This document shows positions 12,096 to 22,200 of a stretch of 64,000 nt of DNA, piece after piece; the first letter of the stretch is position 1, and each line of letters starts with the position of its first letter. Under the pieces are notes generated by a model. The model was not told the DNA's origin. It was given only the letters and a program-made list of their open reading frames with translations, and ran no database searches. The stretch is from positions 496,001 through 560,000 of the forward strand of contig NIVC01000169.1 of the NCBI GenBank assembly GCA_002269645.1. The letters are read 5' to 3'. A program made the translations under genes and the position numbers. This DNA is from Macrostomum lignano (Eukaryota).

Positions 12096-12956
12096 GCAGC
12101 CCTAGTGTTCTAGCTCACATGACCCACCCGAGCAACTAAAATTGATACCCATAGAATCGCTTCAATCAACCCAAATTAGCATCCACGTAAACTCATATCG
12201 CTAGGGCAAGTGAAAATATCTGTTTTGTCCTTATCCAATTGTTGTGCCGCGTATAGCTCGTATGCTACATTAATCCCTAATTCCCTTCACTGAGTCAGCC
12301 TGCATCGCCGCCCCCAGCTTCCCAATCAGCCTATCTCCAGCTCTTTCTCTTTCCAAACCGCTGGTTGTCAAAGCAGAGCCGGGATAAACAGTGTTCTTTG
12401 CATTTTACTTCAACTAGGGCCTCAGGTATAGAATGGGCATGAGGGGAGGGTTGACGAGACGTCGACACTGGACTAGCGAGCGCCGAGTGAGTCATTCTGA
12501 GAGCAGCGTCGCATCTGCCAGGCTGGAGAGATCTCCAAAATAGAAAGCAAGGGCAGAGAAAAGCAAGAAGGCAACGGACAGGCCCGTGACACTGCAGCAG
12601 CCAATGGTAGACTCGCTCCCTTCGCGGGTGTACTCAAACAAGATTATTGTACAGGCTACGTAGCATATAGGATTCTTCCTATCTTATTGTGTACACCTAC
12701 CTGAGCGCGAAGTTCCGCTCTGCCTTTCCCATACTACTCTCCCCTATGCCTTCCGTCAGTCCCTCGTAGCCTTTGAAATTTCTGTTCCAAAGCTAAAAGC
12801 AAAGCCTGAATTTTCTTCGCCCAAAGTCAATAGCAAGGCAGCCGAAGCACTAATCATAGCGCAGCAAACCGAACCAGCGAACTCTGAAAGCACTTTTCTA
12901 CAGCAGACCGGCGGCCTTCCCAACCCGCATTCCCTACCGGTTTGCCTCACCTGTAG

Positions 12957-15900
12957 ATGCGCCGCGGCCCCGGCCAGCAACCAACTTCTAGCGGCAGTGG
13001 GATCACGGTCAACCAGTCGCAGGGCTTCGACACGTCCGCCTTCAGCGTTCGCTCCGCGTCGCCAGCGGCCGCAGCGGTCGGAGCTCCGCAGCCGAGCGCC
13101 AGCGAGTCGTCACCGAAGCCGCAGCGCCGTCGGACCAGCGGCGACACCGCCGTTGGCATCGACGCGGGCAGCAGCGGCTCGACCGACTCGAACAGCCTCA
13201 GGCGCAGCCTGGAGCTCGACCGTCAGCAGCAATCGTCGGCCTTCCTGCCGCTGCCGAGCATGGAAGACCGGAGAGGCAAGTCCAGTTCTGGGCCCATTAA
13301 TACTCAGCAGCAGCAGCAGCAGCAGCCGCAGCAGCAGTCGCAAACTCCGCCACCAGGCGTCACCAGCCCGGTGCGTCGAACTCGCAGTCTGAAGGAGAAC
13401 CTCATGCAGCGGTTCAATTCGTCAATGGTCGGCGGCGGCGCCGCTGTCGGCATCGCCAGGGTCGCCGGGGTCACCTCGGTGTCGCCAGCGCCGTCGGAGG
13501 ATTCGCCGAAGTCGTTTCCACCGCCGTCTGGCGAGGAGGCGTTCAACTTCGATCTGCGTCATGCGGCGCTGACGCCAAGGACGCCGGCTGCTGCAGCTGC
13601 TGGCGGCTCTCGCTCGTCGAGTCCCAAGAAGGCGGCTCAGGAGGCGGCCAGCAAGCAGCAGCCGGTGCAGATGAGCCGCAACAGAGCCGGCAGTCTCCGC
13701 GGCGGCTCCGTAGTGAAGGTGCTGCCCGACAAGAAGCTGCTCGACAAGGCCAGCAGCAGCGAGAATCTCACCAATCAGAATGCGGCGGCAGCCGATTTGA
13801 ACAGCCTGGCCTCGCTGGTGCAGAAGAAACGCGACCGGTCTCAGGAGAGCCTCGAGCAGGCTAAGACGGGCGGCAGCGGAGGCATCAGCGGCAGTCGGAA
13901 GCCGCCGACTCCGACGCCAGCTGTCGACTCGGACGATGGCTCCGAGGTGGCAGCGGCGAAGAGCAAGCCGCCCAGCGGGATGGCTCGCGGTGCCAACAGC
14001 AGGCGGCTGGAGAGCCCGACTAGCAGCGGTCGGGGTGCCGCCGTTGTGGCCGCGGCGCTCTTGCCGGCGGCTACGGACGACTCGCCGGCTGAGGCGAACG
14101 ACACGGACAGGGAGTCGCCAGGCGAGGATCAGCAGTCGGACGGTGAGGTGGCTGCTCAAGCCGCCGGCAGCCACAATCATTCCAGCAGCTTGGAGTTTCT
14201 AATGCAGGTGGGAACTGCGAGATTAAGATTTTTTAAGCTTCCGCGCTAACCAATGCTGTGAAGAGTTGTTTTTACTGTATAAGGAAAATAGGAGGGCTGC
14301 TGTCAAAACTCAGTGTTTCCAGGCTTCCATTTATATAAATTTCATCTGCTACCCGAAACCTTCCTGAATCCTTGATCTGCTACCCGAAACCTTCCTGAAT
14401 CCTTGATCTGCTACCCGAAACTTTCCTGAATCCTTGATCTGCTACCCGAAACCTTCCTGAATCCTTGATCTGCTACCCGAAACCTTCCTGAATCCTTGAT
14501 CTGCTACCCGAAACCTTCCAGAATCCTTGATCCGCCATCCGAAACCCTCCTGAATCCTTGATCTGCTACCCGAAATCTTCCTGAATCCTTGATTCGCTAT
14601 CCGAAACCTTCCTGAATCCTTGATCTGCTACCCGAAACCTTCCAGAAACCGTGATCTGCTACCCGAAACCTTCCTGAATCCTTAATCTGCTATCCGAAAC
14701 CTTTCTGAATCCTTGATCTGCTACCTGAAACCTTCCTGAATCCTTGATCTGCTACCCGAAACCTTCCAGAATCCTTGATCCGCCATCCGAAACCCTCCTG
14801 ACTCCTTGATCTGCTATCCGAAACCTTCCTGAATCTTTGATCTGCTACCCGAAACATTCCTGAATCCTTGATCTGCTACCTGAAACCTTCCTGAATCCTT
14901 GATCTGCTACCCGAAACCTTCCTGAATCCTTGATCTGCTACCTGAAACCTTCCTGAATCCTTGATCTGCTACCCGAAACCTTCCTGAATCCTTGATCTGC
15001 TACCCGAAACCTTCCTGAATCCTTGATCCGCTATCCGAAACCTTTCTGAATCCTTGATCTGCTACCCGAAACCTTCCTGAATCCTTGATCTGCTACCCGA
15101 AACCTTCCAGAAACCGTGATCTGCTACCCGAAACCTTTCTGAATCCTTGATCTGCTACCCGAAACCTTCCTGAATCCTTGATCTGCTATCCGAAACCTTC
15201 CAGAATCCTTGATCCGCTATCCGAAACCTTTCTGAATCCTTGATCCGCTATCCGAAACCTTCCTGAATCCTTGATCCGCTATCCGAAACCTTTCTGAATC
15301 CTTGATCTGCTATCCGAAACCTTCCAGAATCCTTGATCCGCTATGCGAAACCTTCCAGAATCCTTGATTTGATATCCGAAACCTTCCAGAATCCTTGATC
15401 CGCTCCCCCTAACCTCCCAAAACCCTAGATAAGCTACTGAAAACTCAACCCGATCATTGATCCTCAACCTCGAGTTTCCTTTGATGAATTCACAAAGTAA
15501 CGTTCCTTCTGACCCCACGACCTTCAGGACGCCCAGTCTCGAACGGCGCCCCAGATCCGTCATCCCAGCGCTAGAAAAATCGAGTACACCTCGTCAGCGG
15601 CTGCGGCTGCGGCAGCCGCCAGACGCGAGGGCAGTCCGTCGAAAATTCTCGGTGCCGGAGGTAGCAGCCCGCCAAAGGCGGTGTCCTTCAATCCAAACGA
15701 CGAGATCAAGACCTACGAGGGCGATTACCACAGTCGCTACAAGAAGCACCACCGCAGCGGCTCGTCCTCTCATTCGCAGAGGCAGCAGCAACATCATCAG
15801 CGGCAGCATCGAGCCGTAGCGGCAGCAACAGCGGTGGCGGCGATGACTGCGGCGACTTCTGATGGCGGCGGCGACAGAAACGGACACGGAGAAGCTTGGG

Positions 15901-16110
15901 GCTCAGGAAGGATTGGCGACAAGTGAGCTTGCTACCGCTGGCATGCCGCGGTTGTCGGTGTTCGATGATTTTAGCTGCATTAGCTGGCTGACTAACTGAA
16001 TAACTGACAAACTAACTAACTGACTAACTAACTACCTAACTAACGAACGAACTAACTAACTAACTAGCTAGCTAACTAACTAACAAACTAACTAACTAAC
16101 GGACTAACGG

Positions 16111-16142
<32 letters not shown>

Positions 16143-16156
16143 GCTAACTAACTAAA

Positions 16157-16194
<38 letters not shown>

Positions 16195-16346
16195 GCTAAC
16201 TAACTAACTAATTAACCAACTAACTAACTAACTAACTAACCAACTAACTAACTAACTAACTAACTAACTACCTAACTAACGAACGAACTAACTAACTAGC
16301 TAGCTAGCTAACTAACTAACAAACTAACTAACTAACGGACTAACGG

Positions 16347-16382
<36 letters not shown>

Positions 16383-16403
16383 GCTAACTAACTAACTAAC
16401 TAG

Positions 16404-16439
<36 letters not shown>

Positions 16440-16440
16440 A

Positions 16441-16471
<31 letters not shown>

Positions 16472-16611
16472 ATAACTAACTAGCTAAATAACTAGCTAAC
16501 TAACTAACTAACTAACCAACTAACTAACTAACTAACTAACTAACTAAATAACTAACTAGCTAACTAACTAACTAACTAACTAACTAGCTAACTAGCTAAC
16601 TAACTAGCTAG

Positions 16612-16666
<55 letters not shown>

Positions 16667-16958
16667 GCTAACTAGCTAACTAACTAGCTAACTAGCTAAC
16701 TAACTAGCTAGCTAACTAACTAACTAACTAAAAAAACTGCCAAAAACCACCCGCAGCGCCCTTATCGAGGTCCACAGCGCCATGGTGGAAAGCATGGACA
16801 AAATGGTTGCTAAGCAGCGCCAATTTCTCAGCCAGGTGAAGGAGGGCAGCATCACAGTCAGCGAGTACAGAGAAGTGATGAAGAGCCTACTGACTATGCA
16901 GACAAAGACTATACATCAAATTTTGGACGCTATCCAGTCTAACGAGAAGCCGTCCTAA
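12957..16958 (+). CDS. Uncharacterised low-complexity protein (about 615 aa from these exons) with RVxF motif and C-terminal helical domain
   Basis: Exons 12957-14207, 15528-15922 and 16757-16958 join in frame (phases 0, 2) and end at TAA 16956-16958. GC-rich and Ser/Ala/Gln/Gly-rich. Contains KAVSFNPNDEIKTY; the last exon reads NALIEVHSAMVESMDKMVAKQRQFLSQVKEGSITVSEYREVMKSLLTMQTKTIHQILDAIQSNEKPS. Confidence 0.8.
14345..15405. repeat. 31-bp intronic minisatellite (TGATCTGCTACCCGAAACCTTCCTGAATCCT)
   Basis: Tandem copies fill most of intron 14208-15527. Confidence 0.95.
15985..16730. repeat. (CTAA)n intronic microsatellite
   Basis: About 740 bp with CTAG interruptions. Confidence 0.97.
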
Positions 16959-17054
16959 CTAAAGTATCGAACAATTCAAAATGTGTCTCTTTTACTCGTA
17001 AGCCCGTGGAGAGCTAAAGCAGATTCGGCCGATACACTAACGATACACGGGTTT

Positions 17055-17120
17055 TCAGGGCCGCTGTACACCCTGTGTGAGCGTGTGTGTGAGTGCGAGC
17101 CTGCAAACAGTGTTGGCGCG
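17055..17120 (+). mobile_element. Partial copy of the 30580-30900 repeat family, just downstream of the plus-strand gene stop
   Basis: TCAGGGCCGCTGTACACCCTGTGTGAGCGTGTGTGTGAGTGCGAGCCTGCAAACAGTGTTGGCGCG aligns by eye with the reverse complement of 30653-30719. Confidence 0.65.
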
Positions 17121-17574
17121 CTTGTGTGCTTCCTCGACCGAGTTCGTCTCAAGGACTACTGAATAAGAAACGATACTTAAATAGTTCTTGGACTGTGGAA
17201 TTTTCTACCTCTGTTAAATTTGCACAATATGTGAGTGTAGCCTCCGTCTGCTATAGTTGTCCGTGCTGTCGTAACGGACCCGACGGTCTGGACCCCCAGC
17301 ACACTGGCGCCGCATTGTTTGCATTGGCTTTGCAAAAAAAGCAGAAATAATACCTTTCAAAATATTCCGCTCGTCTGTTTGCTTGAGCCCCTCACAGCAA
17401 TAGCGTACACTTTTGCAATCCCGCGATAACCAAACCTTAAGCTTGCTTTCTTATTGTATGTTTTTCAGCCCACGTTTGCTCTCATTTTGCACTGCAATTA
17501 ATATTTTTGCCTTTACTGCATCTATCTGCTTCGATCTAAACCTCTTTTTCGGGCCATTTTGCTATCGTGTTCCT

Positions 17575-18020
17575 CCATCCCTCTCTTCCTTTGTCTCCTT
17601 CTCTCTGCCTTTGTCCCCTTCTCTCTGCCTTTGTCCCCTTCTCTCTGCCTTTGTCCCCTTCTCTCTGCCTTTGTCTCCTTCTCTCTGCCTTTGTCCCCTT
17701 CTCTCTGCCTTTGTCCCCTTCTCTCTGCCTTTGTCCCCTTCTCTCTTCCTTTGTCCCCTTCTATCTGCCTTTGTCCCCTTCTCTCTGCCTTTGTCCCCTT
17801 CTCTCTGCCTTTGTCCCCTTCTCTCTGTCTTTGTCCCCTTCTCTCTGCCTTTGTTTCCATCTTCTCCTTATCTGTCTCCCTCTCCTTATCTGTCTCCCTC
17901 TCCTTATCTGTCTCCCTCTCCTTATCTGTCTCCCTCTCCTTATCTGTCTCCCTCTCCTTATCTGTCTCCCTCTCCTTATCTGTCTCCCTCTCCTTATCTG
18001 TCTCCTTCTTCTTCTTATCT
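17575..18020. repeat. Compound 20-bp (CTCTCTGCCTTTGTCCCCTT) plus 18-bp (TCTCCTTATCTGTCTCCC) arrays
   Basis: Two abutting pyrimidine-rich arrays. Confidence 0.93.
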
Positions 18021-18079
18021 GTTTCCCTATTATTGCTCTTCACTCTGATTTACAGCTTCAAGTTTCAAGCAAGCAATTG

Positions 18080-18275
18080 ATTCTGTGCTCATCAGTGCTC
18101 ATCGGTGCTCATCTGTGCTCATCTGTGCTCATCTGTACTCATCTGTGCTCAAATTGCTGTGGTCATCAGTGCTCATCTGTACTCATTTGTGGTCATCAGT
18201 GCTAATCTGTGCTCTCATCTATGCTCATCTATGCTCATCTATGTTCATCTATGCTCATCTATGCTCATATGTGCT
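18080..18275. repeat. 10-bp degenerate array (TGCTCATCTG)
   Basis: Tandem variants. Confidence 0.85.
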
Positions 18276-18784
18276 CAACCGTGCACATCAGTCATTTTAA
18301 ATTTGCTTCTCAATCACTGACGCACATTTTGATTCCCACCAGTTCATTGAAGAGTAATGAACTTCGTTTGCGCTCCGCTTTCAACCAAACCAATGCCTAT
18401 ATTTTCTCTTTCCTCGATGAGGCACAACGCTTGTGAGCACAAGTTCTTTCAGCGGTGTTATAATTGCTGCATTGTCAAATTTTTAGTACATTTGTTAATT
18501 GACTTCATGACTGCTTACCTATTAATACAACATGGTCGACAAGAGTAAAAATAAAAATAAATAAATAACCAGAAAGGCTAATTTAGACTTTCATGGTCCG
18601 AAAAGTTCATGGTGAACTTTGAAAAACTGTACTGTTAATAATTATTGATAATCTCTTAATAAATTATCACACTAGAATGCATTTAGAGCCGAAAAATGTT
18701 ACAAGCATAATTAGATTAAAAAAGTACGTGCATAAGTTTACTCACTACTCTGGTATGTAAGTAGATACTTCTCGATTTCATTGC

Positions 18785-19240
18785 AGTCAGTCAGTCAGCC
18801 AGTCAGTCAGTCAGTCAGTCAGTCAGTCAGTCAGTCAGTCAGTCAGTCAGTCAGTCAGTCAGTCAGTCAGTCAGTCAGTCAGTCAGTCAGTCAGTCAATC
18901 AATCAGTCAGTCAGTCAGTCAGTCAGTCAGTCAGTCAGTCAGTCAGTCAGTCAGTCAGTCAGTCAGTCAGTCAGTCAGTCAGTCAGTCAGTCAGTCAGTC
19001 AGTCAGTCAGTCAGTCAGTCAGTCAGTCAGTCAGTCAGTCAGTCAGTCAGTCAGTCAGTCAGTCAGTCAGTCAGTCAGTCAGTCAGTCAGTCAGTCAGTC
19101 AGTCAGTCAGTCAGTCAGTCAGTCAGTCAGTCAGTCAGTCAGTCAGTCAGTCAGTCAGTCAGTCAGTCAGTCAGTCAGTCAGTCAGTCAGTCAGTCAGTC
19201 AGTCAGTCAGTCAGTCAGTCAGTCAGTCAGTCAGTCAGTC
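18785..19240. repeat. (TCAG)n microsatellite abutting the kinesin stop codon
   Basis: About 455 bp, nearly pure. Confidence 0.97.
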
Positions 19241-22200
19241 CTACATTGCAGCGCAAGTTTTGCTCTTCTTTGCTAACTCAGCCGTCTCTCCAGAAGCAGT
19301 GCTAGGCGGTGGTGGCTCCACCGTGACTGCCGAATCGCCACCATTCAATAACTGCTCCTGCTGTTGATCCACATTTGCCGCTCCTTTTCTCAGTTGCATC
19401 ATCTGAAAGGTCAATTAATGTCAAGGTAAAAACACAGTATGTTAAGGGTAGGAAATCAATCACCAATGGAGCCAAAATTTTTAAACCGCGTCGCAAGTAT
19501 AAAAGGTATATCAGGCAATACAAGCATCTCATTTTGAAAGGTATCACAGGTATCACAAGCATCACAGGTATCACAAGCATCACAAGCATCACAAGCATCA
19601 CAAGCATTACAAGCATCACAAGCATTACAGGTATCACAAGCATCACAGGTATCACAAGCATTACAGGTATCACAAGCATTACAGGTATCACAGGTATCAC
19701 AGGTATCACATGTATCACAAGCACCACAGGTATCACAGGTATCACAGGTATCACAGATATCACAGGTATCACAAGCATCACAGGTATCACAAGCATCACA
19801 AGCATTACAGGTATCACAAGCATCACAGGTATGATGGGTATCACAACCAGCACAGGTATCACAAGCATCACAAGCAATACAGGTATCACAAGCACCACAG
19901 GTATTACAAGCATCACAGGTATCACAAGCATCACAAGCATTACAGGTATCACAAACATCACAGGTATCACAAGTACCACAGGTATCACAAGCACCACAGG
20001 TATCACAGGTATCACAGGTATCACAAGCACCACAGGTATCACAAGCATCACAGGTATCACAAGCATTACAGGTATCACAAGAATTACAGGTATCACAAGC
20101 ATCACAGGTATCACAAGCATCACAAGCAATACAGGTATCACAAGCATCACAGGTATCACAAGCATTACAGGTATCACAAGCATTACATGTATCACAAGCA
20201 TCACAGGTATCACGGGTATCACAGGTATCACAAGCATTACAGGTATCACAAGCATTACAGGTATCACAAGCATCACAGGTATCACGGGTATCACAGGTAT
20301 CACAAGCATCACAGGTATCACAAGCATCACAGGTATCACAAGCATCACAGGTATCACGGGTATCACAAGCAGCACAGGTTGGGTCAAAAGGTTCACCTTT
20401 CCAACCAGTCCAGCTTTTCCACGAAATCGGCCGCCCGGCCCGCTGGCCAGAGCGGTCAGAGCCCGCAGCAGGCCGTGATAATCCCCGCCGCTGCCGTCGG
20501 CTTTACTCGCCCAGTCCGAGCACAGCTGCATCAGGCGGCGCTCCCGGGCCTCCAGACGGGCCACTCGATGCTGAAGGGCCACCAGCTCGCCCCGGGCCCG
20601 GCTCAGCTCGGCTGCATCCGCCCCGCCGCCACCGCCGCCGCCGCCGTTGCCACCTCCGCCAACATCGAAACCCGAAGAACCTTCGCCGGCGCCTCCGGGA
20701 CCGGAAGTAACGCCACCGCCGCCGTTGCCGCCGCCTCCGCTCTCGCGGATTCGCTCGCGCAGCTGCCTGGTGGACAGGCCGGCCAGCCGAGTGTCTGGTT
20801 GGGCTTCGCGCTGCTGGCACAGCACCTGGCAAATAAAATAGACAGTTGTCACGGTGACAAAATCGGATAAGACTGTGGGTCCAAGTAGGTTTCGATTATG
20901 GGTCCAGGTAGGTTTAGATTGTGAGCCTAGGTGGGTTTCGATTATGGGTCCAGGTAGGTTTAGATTGTGGGTCCAGGTAGGTTTCGATTATGGGTCCAGG
21001 TGAGTTTAGATTGTAGGTCCAGGTAGGTTTAGATTGTGGGTCCAGGTGAGTTTAGATTGTAGGTCCAGGTAGGTTTAGATTGTGGGTCCAGGTGAGTTTA
21101 GATTGTAGGTCCAGGTGGGTTTAGATTGTGGGTCCAGGTAGGTTTAGATTGTGGGTCCAGGTGGGTTTAGATTGTGGGTCCAGGTGGGTTTAGATTGTGG
21201 GTCCAGGTAGGGTCGCGGAGTGCAATGAAGTGGATGCGAGCTGCCGACCTCAAGCGTCACGCTGCCCTGAGTCAGCAGTTTGAGGTGCTGCGGCTGCACG
21301 CTGGCCAGACTGAACTTCTCCGAGAAGGCGAATTTGGGCGCCGCGGTATCGGCCAGAGTCTGCGTTGTGGCCGACCGGCTCAGCAGCGCGAAGGTCACCC
21401 GGCAGGCACCGCGGGCGTGACGCTGTCTGAGCAGTTCAGCCGACTCAATCCGGACATTGAATCGCAGCGGCCGGCCAAGCAAGTCCTCGGGCTCTTCAAC
21501 GAATTCGTCTTCACCAAGCGGCCGGCCGTCCGAGTCGCAGGGGGTCAGGCCGGCAGTCACGTGACCTTCAACAACTCCGCGATGATCGACAATCGGCAGT
21601 CGATCTTCAAAGTCCAGACAGTAGGCCAGCGACTGTAGGAACAGGGTGGCAGTGCCGACAGTAACCTCTTCGGGCGGCTCCCAGAAAGGGTCGGCGTCCT
21701 TAGCAACCGAGTGCACGGATGCGTCGCCTGCCTGGAAACGTTGGTACAGTTCCAGCATGAGGAATCGCCGGTTCATGAACTTTCCGCGCTCCCAGCGCCA
21801 TTCCAGGTCGCTCAGCAGGTCCTGCATCTGCACCGCGCACCTGTGGGTTTTGTAGAGAGCTGTTAAAATCATACAGTAATGTGCTACTTAAAGTAAATTT
21901 AAAATGAGTCATGTGCAAACAGAGTGACTCAGAACCCTACGTAGAACCAACATTTGTTTGATCAAGGAACCGGATTTCAGCAGCTGTGTTTGCTTATAAC
22001 TCCATATATGACCTAAGTAAATATCCGATCTTAAACCATTTTTCTCCAAAAATTTACTATAAATATATATGAAAATTCGAGTAAAAAGTTCCGACTCAGA
22101 GCGGCCTCAAAGAAGACTTTAAAAAAGAAAAAAGAAGACCCATCTCTGAGGGACTACACCTGTCCAATTGCTAAAGGCTTACCGTATTTAGTTCTTTGTA

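Noticed and set aside
15985-16730. Interstitial telomere
   Set aside because: The unit is TTAG on the reverse strand, not TTAGGG or TTAGG.
19375-20870. His/Tyr-rich, ITG-rich and VIP-rich ORFs
   Set aside because: Translations of the 9-bp array in kinesin intron 15; only 20825-20397 is real exon.
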